Below are positions 1-9,332 of a stretch of 61,473 bases of DNA, piece after piece; the first letter of the stretch is position 1; each line of letters starts with the position of its first letter. A program made the translations under genes and the position numbers. The notes below the pieces were generated by a model. That model ran no database searches. It had not been told where the DNA came from and saw only the letters and a program-made list of their open reading frames with translations. The DNA is from Candidatus Thalassarchaeum sp. (GTDB lineage: Archaea > Thermoplasmatota > Poseidoniia > Poseidoniales > Thalassarchaeaceae). The stretch spans positions 1 through 61,473 of the forward strand of contig JAKURM010000003.1 in assembly GCA_022449945.1 (NCBI GenBank), in the 5' to 3' direction.

Positions 1-332
1 CCACCGGCCCCAACCCTCCTCCGCCCCCCGCCCCACCCCCGGCACACCGCGCAGCGGTCGGCGCCTACCGCCAGACGGGCGCCCCAGTTGGGTTCCCTCC
101 AGCAGTATGTGCATCCGAGATTGCAAGTATCCACATTAGGCGCCATTTGCATGCAGCCGTGGCTCTCGATACCGTAGAAGGTACCCTTGTAGCAAGACCT
201 GTCGGCAATCAATGACTGCTTTGTCCAGTGGCAAACCTTGCCCCCTCCATGCTCACCTACCAGCTGATACCTCTGCTTGGATAGCCTGCTGGCTATGCGA
301 GGTTCGATCTTCGTTATCGGGCCCTGGACCAT
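1..332 (-). CDS. taw1: tRNA 4-demethylwyosine synthase (Taw1/TYW1-like radical SAM enzyme), N-terminal part; runs off the left edge
   Basis: Not in the ORF track because there is no stop in the window. Manual minus-strand translation from ATG at 332 gives MVQGPITKIEPRIASRLSKQRYQLVGEHGGGKVCHWTKQSLIADRSCYKGTFYGIESHGCMQMAPNVDTCNLGCTYCWR. It has the CxxxCxxC radical-SAM box in the CYK..FYGI.SH.C.QM.P context typical of Taw1/TYW1. Downstream of CWR (bases 1-95) the sequence becomes very GC-rich and no longer resembles the family. Confidence 0.6.
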   Translation of the reverse strand, partial: MVQGPITKIEPRIASRLSKQRYQLVGEHGGGKVCHWTKQSLIADRSCYKGTFYGIESHGCMQMAPNVDTCNLGCTYCWREPNWGARLAVGADRCAVCRGWGGGRRRVGAG

Positions 333-403
333 TTTCCCCAATGGCTCAGGGAAGACTATTCGCCTTGAATGATTCCTTAAACTGGAGGCCGTATTCCACG
401 TCG

Positions 404-1897
404 ATGCAGCGCGTTGCGGCAGTGTGCTTAGCCCTGATTCTTCTATCGGCTCAATCCTCAGGGTGCTTCTCGGATGATGGAGAGGTTGAACTGGTGCCGG
501 CCGGAGACCTCACGGTCTCACCCTCACAGCTGGTTGGTGCCCAACTGCAGTCAGTTGAGTTCGCTGCTTCTAGCCCGATGATGGTCCACGTGCCCTACTT
601 GGTATTGGACCGGGAAACTGGCCTGTTCACCAATGGGACCAATATCCACTTTGGTGGTTCTGGCTCGCAGACCATAGAGATGATTGCACCGCCAAACATC
701 CAGAGTGCTTTCTTCCTTCTTGCAGGGGGCGGGGCCTTCCCTAATGACGGAGATTGGCCCATTAGATCCTCCAACCAGTCTTGGCAGGAGTGGTTCGACT
801 CCGAGGAATTCCTGGACGAGCCGTACTCCTGGGTGGAGCATCCCGTGCTGCGTGAGAATCGATCTGGCTTCTCGCCCGAAGAGGGTTCTCTGCACGGGAC
901 TGGGATTATCGATGGCCTGAGCGCATACGAGTGGTTGGAGGCATTCGCAGACCCGGACTCCGGTTACAACGAGAGATGGGGGCCATTCACCCTCAACGAC
1001 CCGACGTACATGAGGGCCGTTGAGTACATGCAGGGATATCTCCAGGGGATTGGTTTCGACGCCCAGGTTCACAGGTACTGGATCTCTGACTTCTCCTACG
1101 CCGTCAATGTGTGCGGCTACAAGACTGGGACGTTGTACCCTGACGAGTGGCTTGTCCTCGGGGCGCACTTGGACATTGCAGAGCCGGGTAGCCCACCAGG
1201 AGGTGGGTCCCATATCGGTGCTCACGACAACGGTGCAGGAGTTGCCCTGGTTCTAGAAGCCAGCAGGGGATTGGTTGAGTTCGATCATAGGAGGACGATA
1301 GCTGTCTGCTTCTGGAGCAACGAGGAAAACGGATACGACGGGGTTGACAGTTGGATAGCAAACATCCCCCAAGGGGTAACTGTGACCAACTACCTGAACG
1401 CCGATGCGGTTGGCACTAACTGGCCGGGATACTACACGCTGGTGGTAGACTGCATCCCCAACTACGACAACGAGAACATCGGAGACCAATGGGAGATGAT
1501 TCGGATGCTGGAGTGGGTCGGCTCCCAGAACAACGACATATCTGGTGCGCTTCAGCTAGGGAGGGAGATCTTCCACGATGAGGGGTACGCCTCGATGAAG
1601 GACGTGGACTCCTCTGACCAGAAGAGGCAGTCCATCTCAGTCCACGACAGCGACCGCGGGAGGTCCGACTACGAGAGGTTCGCAGACCAACTTGGAGTGG
1701 TCAGCGTGGACTGGGGGAGCCTGACTGGAGGTTCTGACTGCTATCACGCTCCGTGCGACACCCTCGACACCATGATTGACATGATGGTCACGGACAACGG
1801 AACAGGGCAGCAGAACCTGGTGGAGTCGTTCGACCTGATATCATGGTGGATGTTCACGGCCGCGATGGTTCTCGACGAGTCGCCGATATACGACTAG
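404..1897 (+). CDS. M28-family zinc aminopeptidase, probable secreted lipoprotein
   Basis: Contains the M28 metal-ligand blocks GAHLDIAEPG, GAHDNGAGVALVLE and FWSNEENGYDG. The track start at 212 is rejected because 212-332 is the opposite-strand Taw1 N-terminus. ATG at 404 gives MQRVAAVCLALILLSAQSSGC, a signal peptide plus lipobox-like Cys. Confidence 0.75.
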   Translation: MQRVAAVCLALILLSAQSSGCFSDDGEVELVPAGDLTVSPSQLVGAQLQSVEFAASSPMMVHVPYLVLDRETGLFTNGTNIHFGGSGSQTIEMIAPPNIQSAFFLLAGGGAFPNDGDWPIRSSNQSWQEWFDSEEFLDEPYSWVEHPVLRENRSGFSPEEGSLHGTGIIDGLSAYEWLEAFADPDSGYNERWGPFTLNDPTYMRAVEYMQGYLQGIGFDAQVHRYWISDFSYAVNVCGYKTGTLYPDEWLVLGAHLDIAEPGSPPGGGSHIGAHDNGAGVALVLEASRGLVEFDHRRTIAVCFWSNEENGYDGVDSWIANIPQGVTVTNYLNADAVGTNWPGYYTLVVDCIPNYDNENIGDQWEMIRMLEWVGSQNNDISGALQLGREIFHDEGYASMKDVDSSDQKRQSISVHDSDRGRSDYERFADQLGVVSVDWGSLTGGSDCYHAPCDTLDTMIDMMVTDNGTGQQNLVESFDLISWWMFTAAMVLDESPIYD

Positions 1898-2535
1898 CCG
1901 TACTTCACTCCAGTTCCGTATGCAAATATCTCTACGGCCCGAGGTCCATTCTTCGCTGAGGCTGGTGTCATCTCCGCAGTATCTATCCTGACATTCAGAA
2001 CCTCGTCCCATCCCTCTTCCATTGCCCTTTCCCTCAGCAGCTGCTTAGCCTCGGACCTAGCAGCAGCTATGACTTTCTGAAGAATGTTGATCCTTCCGCC
2101 GATTAGGTTGTTGAACCATACGATCAGCAGCATCCAGTGACTGGGCGCGTAAACGATGCTCGAGTAGACTAGTCCGGAGTTATTCACGCCTCCAACTATG
2201 TGGGAGCCCTTGAGGGTCGAGAGTGGATCCTTCCCGAAGTGCTCTATCGAGGCTTGTTCCCTGAGCACTACTGCGTTGACCCTCCTCTCGAGGTTTCGCC
2301 CGCTGAATAAGGCACCAAATAGGAACATGAACGGATAAGCTGCACCGAAAACAACCCAAGCAAGAGCAAACAGAATCCAGGGGAGTACGCAGCATCCCAC
2401 TACAAACAGAACCAATGGGGGGTCTTCTTTTTGCGGTTCTTCTACCACGCCCTGGGCTGAGACTACCACGGAGAATGCTAACACTGATAGCAGCGCTATA
2501 GTTAGCGTCCTCACCCTATTCGAACGGTAGTCCAT
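1894..2535 (-). CDS. Membrane-anchored YbjQ/UPF0145-like protein
   Basis: The N-terminal ~80 aa hold a hydrophobic signal/TM segment and two TM helices. The C-terminal half (GGRINILQKVIAAARSEAKQLLRERAMEEGWDEVLNVRID...AVEIFAYGTGVKY) mirrors the UPF0145 core of the downstream paralog. Confidence 0.55.
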   Translation of the reverse strand: MDYRSNRVRTLTIALLSVLAFSVVVSAQGVVEEPQKEDPPLVLFVVGCCVLPWILFALAWVVFGAAYPFMFLFGALFSGRNLERRVNAVVLREQASIEHFGKDPLSTLKGSHIVGGVNNSGLVYSSIVYAPSHWMLLIVWFNNLIGGRINILQKVIAAARSEAKQLLRERAMEEGWDEVLNVRIDTAEMTPASAKNGPRAVEIFAYGTGVKYG

Positions 2536-2547
2536 GAGACCACCTCG

Positions 2548-2883
2548 CTACTCGACCTTTACTGCGGTCCCATATGCGAACAGTTCGGCGGCACCAGAGG
2601 TAACAGCGCTCGTAGCAAAGCGGACATTGACTATCGCATTTGCTCCACGAGCCGCTGCGTCGGCGACCATCCGTGCGATAGCCTCGCTCCTGGACTCCTC
2701 GAGAAGCTCGGTGTACTTCACTAGCTCACCGCCCATGATGTTTCTCAGGGCCTGGGTGATGTCTCTGCCGACGTTCTTCGCCCTGACTGTGGAGCCTCCT
2801 ACGACTCCTAGGTTCTGAGTTATTACCTTCCCTGCAATTGTCTCGGTGTTGACAACCATTATTCCGTCTCTTATGTGCTGCAT
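2548..2883 (-). CDS. YbjQ/UPF0145 family protein
   Basis: 111 aa. The sequence IAGKVITQNLGVVGGSTVRAKNVGRDI...GGELVKYTELLEESRSEAIARMVADAAARGANAIVNVRF...AELFAYGTAVKV fits the canonical UPF0145 pattern. Confidence 0.8.
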   Translation of the reverse strand: MQHIRDGIMVVNTETIAGKVITQNLGVVGGSTVRAKNVGRDITQALRNIMGGELVKYTELLEESRSEAIARMVADAAARGANAIVNVRFATSAVTSGAAELFAYGTAVKVE

Positions 2884-2918
2884 GCTAACTGGTGGGCAAA
2901 GTAGTTATTCAATTCTCG

Positions 2919-3581
2919 CTATTCTTCCTGGCTCGTTGAACTCATGTGGAAAGCGGAGGGCAGCTCTACCTTAGTGGGCGGCCTGGTCTGGTACGCAATC
3001 ATGGCAAGTCCTGCCGCCATAGTGAGCTCGCACATCAGTACCCCCCCATATGAGGCGATTTGGTTGAACGTGGAAATGAACCCCATGTCTAGTCCATCAG
3101 AGGGCATCTCGGTGTAGAATCTAGTAGACCATGAAACCAATTCATGGGTAACGTACAGCTGGGAGGCAGCGTGCACACCCAACCACCCCCAGGCGAGTTT
3201 GAGCGCGGTACTCCTGTCTTCGGCGTTCCACATCACTAAAGCAGTTGGAATGGACATCAGGAAGAGCAGTGCCGAGGCAGCGGCAGCTACATCCCAGATT
3301 CTCGATTCACCAAGCAGAATCAGTTCTTCGATCAGGGACACGCATTCTTCAAATTCAACCCCATCTAATTCCCCCGATTCATCGTCGGATGCGCATATCT
3401 CTTCTGGGACCATTCCAGAAACCGCCTCGGCCATCAGAAGACCTGCAACACCCATGGCAATTGCATTGATTAGTGATAAGAGTCCTAGAATTACGATGAA
3501 AATAGATCCTCCCTTCAGCCACCAAGGGGAGGGTCCGCTTGGATCCGTCTGGGGGACGTAGAGTGAATCGGCCACGGCCAC
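2919..3581 (-). CDS. Polytopic membrane protein, unknown function
   Basis: 220-aa ORF with about 4 hydrophobic helices and an acidic loop (CASDDESGELDGVEFEEC). No recognisable motif. Confidence 0.45.
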   Translation of the reverse strand: MAVADSLYVPQTDPSGPSPWWLKGGSIFIVILGLLSLINAIAMGVAGLLMAEAVSGMVPEEICASDDESGELDGVEFEECVSLIEELILLGESRIWDVAAAASALLFLMSIPTALVMWNAEDRSTALKLAWGWLGVHAASQLYVTHELVSWSTRFYTEMPSDGLDMGFISTFNQIASYGGVLMCELTMAAGLAMIAYQTRPPTKVELPSAFHMSSTSQEE

Positions 3582-3608
3582 CGGAAGAGGTCGGACGCCA
3601 AAGATGTG

Positions 3609-4058
3609 TCAGTCGATATAACGCATCTCTAGCCTTTCGTCCGAACGCATCATCGTGTGTATGCACTGCCTGGATGGGTTGACGATGAAGCCTTGTCTGA
3701 GGAAGTTCCTGCCGAGGATCATCCTGTGCTTGAGCTTAGCCCTATCTGCCAGGCAGACCTCGACGTCGAAGTCTCGGGATGCTATCTCCAGCGAGGTCCT
3801 AATCACGGGCCTCAGCGACTCGTGACCACCGGTGTCACGGATTCGTCTCCAATTGAACAGCGGCCTCTCCACCCAGTCACCACCCTCATCGAGCCTGAAT
3901 CTGACCCGAGTCTCGGGCTGCCCCTCGATAATCTCAATCTCGGATGCGTGCAGGGTGTTCGACCAGGCGCCAGTGTCGACCTTTGCCAGCAAGGGCGGTT
4001 TCTGAAGTTCAGGGAGGCCCACCCACTCCCTCCATCCAATAATAGCTGGCCTAATCAT
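3609..4058 (-). CDS. Retropepsin-like aspartic protease family protein (DUF785 / so-called ATP-dependent zinc protease, RimB-like)
   Basis: IIGWREWVGLPEL...AKVDTGAWSNTLHA...RPVI...ADRAKLKHRMILGRNFL shows the DTGA aspartyl signature and family-typical N- and C-terminal blocks. Start chosen at the internal ATG at 4058 (MIRPAIIGW); the track start is 4106. Confidence 0.6.
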   Translation of the reverse strand: MIRPAIIGWREWVGLPELQKPPLLAKVDTGAWSNTLHASEIEIIEGQPETRVRFRLDEGGDWVERPLFNWRRIRDTGGHESLRPVIRTSLEIASRDFDVEVCLADRAKLKHRMILGRNFLRQGFIVNPSRQCIHTMMRSDERLEMRYID

Positions 4059-4190
4059 GCGTGCACCGGCTTCTCGGGATAACGGACATTCTTGAATCCA
4101 ACGCAATTATTGTGTTTTTGGGGGAGTCGGATTGGGAAACAATATACTCACATGGAATCGTTGAAGTACGAGTCTCCACGCGTATCCCTA

Positions 4191-5648
4191 ATGGCGCAGA
4201 TTGAGACTGCTCTGAGTTACGACGATGTTCTACTGCTACCTGCTGAATCGGCAGTTCTTCCTGCAGAAGTTGATCTGACAACCCGGCTTACCACTGGGAT
4301 CACTCTGAATGCACCAATAGTTTCGGCAGCTATGGATACGGTTACAGAGGCCGAGATGGCCATTGCAATGGCCCAATGCGGAGGTATCGGGGTAATTCAC
4401 CGGAACATGGGAATTGAGGATCAGGCCGAGGAAGTTGACAAAGTCAAGAGGTTCGAGTCTGGTCTGGTCCTCGAGCCGATAACAGTAGAACCAAGCATGA
4501 CAGTTGGCGAGCTTAGAGATCTCAAGGAACATTACGGATTCTCCGGCTTCCCGGTCATTAATGGCAAAGGAGGGATTGTCGGGATGGTTACGAACCGCGA
4601 CATCCGCTTCGTAGAGGAAGAGTCCACTACTGTCTCGGATGTGATGACCACTGACCTAGTCACTGTTCCAGAGCACGTTGATCTCGATGACGCCAAGCGA
4701 CTCCTCCACCAGCATCGCATAGAGAAGTTGGTAGTTGTCGACTCCGAGGGAGGTTTCTCAGGACTTATCACTGTCAGGGATATCAATCGCTCGAAGGACA
4801 ACCCACTGTCTTGCAAGGACGACAGGGGGAGGCTGCGAGTTGTGGCAGGAACCGGGACGGGAGAAAAGGGAGTGCTTCGGGCTCTGGCGATGTTCGAAGC
4901 CGGTGCAGATGCGGTTGCGGTTGACACGGCCCATGGGCACTCGCGGGGAGTTCTCCAGACGGTGGGTGCAATTAGAGATCAAGCCGGTCCCGATGCCCAG
5001 ATTATCGCTGGTAACGTAGGTACTCCGGAAGCGGCTGAAGCTCTGATAGAATGTGGTGCAAATGCTATCAAAGTCGGGATAGGTCCCGGCTCGATTTGCA
5101 CAACTAGGATAGTGACCGGTGTCGGAGTTCCGCAGTTCACCGCCGTAATGGGGGCAGTCGAGGCCTGCTCAAAGCACGGTGTCCCGGTAATTGCCGATGG
5201 CGGGATAAAGTACAGCGGTGACATCGCCAAGGCAATAGCATCGGGAGCAGACTGTGTAATGGTCGGCTCTCTTCTTGCAGGTACGGACGAATCTCCAGGG
5301 GAGACCATCCTATACCAAGGCAGGTCATACAAGCAATACAGGGGGATGGGGTCACTAGGAGCCATGAGCAAGGGATCATCCGACCGGTATTTCCAATCCG
5401 AGCAGGGCGACACAAGTAAGTACGTCCCAGAAGGGATAGAGGGTAGGGTCCCGGCCAGGGGACCAGTTGACAACGTCCTTTACCAGCTGATGGGGGGGCT
5501 AAGGAGCTCAATGGGTTACACCGGAAATAGCAGTATAAATCATATGAAGAAGAACTGCAAGTTCGTCAGAATCACCAATGCAGGACTTTCCGAGAGTCAC
5601 GTACACAACGTCGAAATCACGCGAGAGGCTCCAAACTACAGGAGGTAG
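4191..5648 (+). CDS. guaB: IMP dehydrogenase with CBS pair
   Basis: Motifs [28 protein letters not shown], the CBS region, [14 protein letters not shown] (catalytic Cys loop), [10 protein letters not shown] and YRGMGS. Start set at ATG 4191 ([13 protein letters not shown]). Confidence 0.95.
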   Translation: MAQIETALSYDDVLLLPAESAVLPAEVDLTTRLTTGITLNAPIVSAAMDTVTEAEMAIAMAQCGGIGVIHRNMGIEDQAEEVDKVKRFESGLVLEPITVEPSMTVGELRDLKEHYGFSGFPVINGKGGIVGMVTNRDIRFVEEESTTVSDVMTTDLVTVPEHVDLDDAKRLLHQHRIEKLVVVDSEGGFSGLITVRDINRSKDNPLSCKDDRGRLRVVAGTGTGEKGVLRALAMFEAGADAVAVDTAHGHSRGVLQTVGAIRDQAGPDAQIIAGNVGTPEAAEALIECGANAIKVGIGPGSICTTRIVTGVGVPQFTAVMGAVEACSKHGVPVIADGGIKYSGDIAKAIASGADCVMVGSLLAGTDESPGETILYQGRSYKQYRGMGSLGAMSKGSSDRYFQSEQGDTSKYVPEGIEGRVPARGPVDNVLYQLMGGLRSSMGYTGNSSINHMKKNCKFVRITNAGLSESHVHNVEITREAPNYRR

Positions 5649-5653
5649 TTGCT

Positions 5654-6181
5654 ATGGAGCAAATACACCTTGGAGGAGGCTGCTTCTGGTGCATAGAAGG
5701 TGGATTGCTTGGGCTCATAGGAGTCTCGGAGGTTGTTCCAGGATACTCCGGTGGGCACGTCGAAAACCCCACTTACGAGCAAGTATGCGGGAAGATGACG
5801 GGTCATGCAGAGGTCGTCAGGGTAACCTTCGACCCGGAGGTGATTTCCAGGATTACTCTGCTTAGGGTTTTCCACACTCTCTTCGACCCAACTCAGTTGA
5901 ATAGGCAAGGCAACGACGTGGGGCCGCAGTACAGGAGCATAGTGCTATATTCGGACGAGAGTCAGAAGAAAGATGCCCTTGCAGTCATAGAGCAGGTTTC
6001 GGAGTACTACGAAGGCCCTGTGGTGACGGAAGTCGTTCCGCTGGAAGTATTCTGGGAGGCAGAGGAGTACCATCATGACTACTTCTCCAGGAATGGAAGC
6101 ACGAATCCGTACTGTATCGCTGTAGTGGCACCGAAAATCGCTAAGGCTAGGGACAGTTACGCAGAGCTGTATGAGAGATGA
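5654..6181 (+). CDS. msrA: Peptide methionine-S-sulfoxide reductase
   Basis: GGGCFWCIEG...GYSGGHVENPTYEQVCGKMTGHAEVVRVTFDP...YHHDYF are classic MsrA blocks. Confidence 0.9.
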   Translation: MEQIHLGGGCFWCIEGGLLGLIGVSEVVPGYSGGHVENPTYEQVCGKMTGHAEVVRVTFDPEVISRITLLRVFHTLFDPTQLNRQGNDVGPQYRSIVLYSDESQKKDALAVIEQVSEYYEGPVVTEVVPLEVFWEAEEYHHDYFSRNGSTNPYCIAVVAPKIAKARDSYAELYER

Positions 6182-7217
6182 AGTCGCGCTTGGCCCAGAG
6201 CCGTGGCCGGTTCACCTGCTGGGACTCATCACCCCAATTCTCGTAATCTTGGGGAATCTCCTTGGCATAGAGGAACCGATGTTCGTAGCCATGGGGGTGG
6301 TTTTCGTATGGGGAGTTTGTCCCATTCTTGACTTCATAATGGGTGAGACCAAGGTGCCAAGGCCCCCTAGGGAGTCTGGTACTCCATTCGAAGTCCTTCT
6401 CTGGGTTCATGGGATTCTTCATCTTGTGGTTCTTGGATCATTCTTCGTCTTCGCATTCTACGAAGGGATGACAGTGTGGCTAGTGGTGGCTGCATTGTCG
6501 ACCGGACTCAGTGCCGCAGCATCGGCAATCGTCACTGCACACGAATTGGGGCACAAGAGGCCAAAGAGTCCTGGATGGAGGCTAGCAAGAGTTCTTCTGT
6601 TTTCGATTCACTACACCCACTTCACTACGGAGCACAACGTGAACCATCACAAGAACGTCGGGCTAAACAGTGATCCAGCAAGTGCAACAGCAGAGCAGGG
6701 GCTCTGGTCTTTCTGGATAAGCACGATTCCTGGACAGTTCGCGTCCTCGGTGAGAATTCACAACAAGAAAGGAAGGACTGGTTTCAGGAACCCTTCCTAT
6801 AGGGGACTTTTCCTCCAGATAGTTGCGATCTCTTCCCTAGCGCTAGTCCCCGGTAGCATGGATTGGTTCGACGGAGCACCATTGGCCATAGGCTGGATAA
6901 TTCTTTCAACAATAGCGATTCTTACACTCGAGTATGTCAACTACATAAGGCACTGGGGACTTAGGAGGGGAGAAAGTGGAAGGTTCGAAGCAGGTCAAGC
7001 ATGGAACACCGAGGCTCGCTGGTCGAGGTGGAGTCTGATAGAGCTCACACGCCACTCTGATCATCACCTTCGTGCCAGCGTTCCATTCTGGAAGCTCAGG
7101 CCGCATGAGGGAACTCCTGAGCTTAGATGGGGTTACTACGGCTCATGGTGGCCCTGCCTAGTTCCTCCGATTTGGAAGCGAGCGATGAGCAGTAGACTGC
7201 CCGATAACGAGCCTTGA
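6171..7217 (+). CDS. AlkB-like integral-membrane di-iron hydroxylase (fatty-acid desaturase superfamily)
   Basis: Three His boxes (HELGH, EHNVNHH, HSDHH) plus NYIRHWGL, in a polytopic membrane protein. The start overlaps the msrA stop by 11 nt. Confidence 0.65.
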   Translation: MRDEVALGPEPWPVHLLGLITPILVILGNLLGIEEPMFVAMGVVFVWGVCPILDFIMGETKVPRPPRESGTPFEVLLWVHGILHLVVLGSFFVFAFYEGMTVWLVVAALSTGLSAAASAIVTAHELGHKRPKSPGWRLARVLLFSIHYTHFTTEHNVNHHKNVGLNSDPASATAEQGLWSFWISTIPGQFASSVRIHNKKGRTGFRNPSYRGLFLQIVAISSLALVPGSMDWFDGAPLAIGWIILSTIAILTLEYVNYIRHWGLRRGESGRFEAGQAWNTEARWSRWSLIELTRHSDHHLRASVPFWKLRPHEGTPELRWGYYGSWWPCLVPPIWKRAMSSRLPDNEP

Positions 7218-7254
7218 GTGATGCCTGAGTAGCGCAATTCTCAATAGTGTCACG

Positions 7255-7701
7255 ATGGCGAAATCGGGCATGGTACCTGACCCGGGAGAAGTGAGTGCGG
7301 GCAATACCACCTCGGCCCTGATCCATACTGGCCTACTCAGCGTAGGCCTTAGCAACCTATTCTGGAAGGGAACTGAGCTGAATCCAGACGACCCGGACAA
7401 GATGCTTCTGGTCGCTCTGGGGCTGTTCTGCTTGGCTCTTCCGTTCCAAGGACTGTACATCCTTCTTGCGAGGATGGTGAGGGAGTACTCAGACTCTGTC
7501 CTGGTACCCCAACCAATAATGAGTCTGGCTTCCCGATGCGAAATTGTTAGCTACTCTTGCGGCATTACTGGTTTCTGCCTGATGCTGATGAGAACCTCAT
7601 ACGTATTGGGGGGCACTCTTCTGATTTCAGCAGTACTAGTGATTCTGCTTGCTCGTTCTGCAATGATGAGAGTGGATGCGGCCAATCAGTCCGCCTACTA
7701 A
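7255..7701 (+). CDS. Small polytopic membrane protein, unknown function
   Basis: 148-aa ORF with about 4 hydrophobic helices and no motif. Coding status inferred from length and hydrophobic periodicity only. Confidence 0.4.
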   Translation: MAKSGMVPDPGEVSAGNTTSALIHTGLLSVGLSNLFWKGTELNPDDPDKMLLVALGLFCLALPFQGLYILLARMVREYSDSVLVPQPIMSLASRCEIVSYSCGITGFCLMLMRTSYVLGGTLLISAVLVILLARSAMMRVDAANQSAY

Positions 7702-7732
7702 GGATAATCAAGGGCTTACACTTCCTTGTGCC

Positions 7733-8653
7733 ATGCTGGACAGGTTGATGGATTATGGTGAAAGGGACAAGGGGCCGGACACGGCCCTAATCACGTCCAT
7801 TTTCCTGTTCTCATCCCTAGCATTCATCTCTCTTTCCGGAGTAATCGGGGACCATCAAAGCCAGGAACAGGTGGCAGAGTCTACACTGGTCAGTGACGAA
7901 GCCTTACTTTTCTTCAGATTCTTCTGCGCGGGCCTGAGTCTGGTTACGCTTGCCTGGGTGGCAATTGACCCCAAGGGCTCCCATGACTATCCTCTTTACT
8001 TCGAGGAAAGGGTAGTCAGAAGAAGAGATGTCTCGGGCCCGACTAGACTCGCACCCTATACGATGTGGCACTTCGCACTTTTCGGGTTCAGCTTTGCGGT
8101 TTCTGCTTTCGCGTCCTGGATCAACATCTCTGGAGGAGTGGTGCCAGAATGGGCGTTAGTTGCCTCTCCAGTGTTGTTCGCATCTAGCTACACATGCGCT
8201 TTACTGGTCACATGCGTAATCTCGTTCCACATAATCTGGGACGAGATTGGGAAGGGGCATTCAGTCAATCACCTATTCAAGTGGTATGAGTTGGTGATGC
8301 ACAATGCCAATGTAGCTCTACTGGGAATAGCACTGGTGATCAATGGGATGGATGTCGACTGGCGATACTTTGCCTTCCCGATTGTTTTCGGGGTGGCATA
8401 CGTGGCCTGGGCAGCCGTATATGCCAATTTCATCTCTGGAGTCTTCATTTACGACTTTATGGACTACAGGAAGAGGGGGGCACCCCTGATCTACCTCGCT
8501 CTACTGGTAGTCCAGACCTCGTTCTTCGGATTGGTAATATTTCTTGACCGTCTTTCTGAATGGAGTCCTGCAGCTGGAGCGACAGCAATTCTTCTAATCA
8601 CGGCCATCATTACAACACTGAGCGAACCGGAACAGCCGGATGGTAATGATTGA
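7733..8653 (+). CDS. Polytopic membrane protein, unknown function
   Basis: About 8 hydrophobic helices. Start moved to ATG 7733 (MLDRLMDYGE) to avoid overlap with the preceding ORF. Confidence 0.5.
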   Translation: MLDRLMDYGERDKGPDTALITSIFLFSSLAFISLSGVIGDHQSQEQVAESTLVSDEALLFFRFFCAGLSLVTLAWVAIDPKGSHDYPLYFEERVVRRRDVSGPTRLAPYTMWHFALFGFSFAVSAFASWINISGGVVPEWALVASPVLFASSYTCALLVTCVISFHIIWDEIGKGHSVNHLFKWYELVMHNANVALLGIALVINGMDVDWRYFAFPIVFGVAYVAWAAVYANFISGVFIYDFMDYRKRGAPLIYLALLVVQTSFFGLVIFLDRLSEWSPAAGATAILLITAIITTLSEPEQPDGND

Positions 8654-8677
8654 GAGTAGCCGCCTGCTCGCAATGCC

Positions 8678-9037
8678 ATGGCCTGGGCAATAGATGTAGG
8701 TAAGATTCTGCTTACAGCACTGATAATCTTCTCAGTTGCACAGGTTTCAGAGAGGAGCACCATAATGGCTGCAGTTCTAGCCTCAATTCCCATAGTCAGC
8801 GTACTTTCGATGATGCTGATGTTCCACGAGGGTCAGACCGCATTGGAGATTTCCGCATTCGCTCGGGACATAGTATGGCTCCTAATTCCATCTCTGCTGA
8901 TTTTCATAGTCATGCCCTGGCTGATAGAGAGCAAGGGCTGGGAATTCTACCCTGCTCTGGCCGCTGGTCTTTCATCTACAATCGTCGGATATTTCGTAAT
9001 GGTCCAACTAATGGAGCGTTTAGGATTGTCATCCTGA
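8678..9037 (+). CDS. Small membrane protein (4 TM), unknown function
   Basis: 119 aa and strongly hydrophobic (ILLTALIIFSVAQV, AAVLASIPIVSVLSMMLMF, IVWLLIPSLLIFIVMPWL, LAAGLSSTIVGYFVMV). Confidence 0.5.
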   Translation: MAWAIDVGKILLTALIIFSVAQVSERSTIMAAVLASIPIVSVLSMMLMFHEGQTALEISAFARDIVWLLIPSLLIFIVMPWLIESKGWEFYPALAAGLSSTIVGYFVMVQLMERLGLSS

Positions 9038-9107
9038 GAAGTGGTTCGATGTCAGTACTGAACGTTGCTGCCATGAGAATTATGGGAGTAGCCAAGGGAA
9101 TCTCAAA

Positions 9108-9332
9108 CTAGTATTTCTTCGACCGGCATTTGGTGCACTGGAAGAACCAAATATCATCTGGATTGGGGCCATACTCCATTCCACATTTTATCTTCCCATA
9201 CTTTGCTGCCCTCTCCTCGTGATTCTCGGGATATGGGATGACGATGCCACAGGTCCGCCCCTCATGACGAGTGATGTGAAATTCACTACTCTCCGATACA
9301 ACCTGACGGACTGGGACTTGCCCCTCAGGCAT
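9108..9332 (-). CDS. Small 4-Cys protein, unknown function, divergent from the Ubl operon
   Basis: 74 aa with Cys at RTCG, KCG and CTKC, so possibly zinc-binding. A TATA-like AAAATATTA (9350-9358) lies about 20 nt upstream of its ATG, so the transcript may be leaderless. Confidence 0.4.
   Translation of the reverse strand: MPEGQVPVRQVVSESSEFHITRHEGRTCGIVIPYPENHEERAAKYGKIKCGMEYGPNPDDIWFFQCTKCRSKKY

Noticed and set aside
212-403. The N-terminal 64 codons of the track ORF 212-1897.
   Set aside because: This stretch overlaps the opposite-strand Taw1 N-terminus (to 332). ATG 404 gives a proper signal/lipobox N-terminus for the M28 peptidase.
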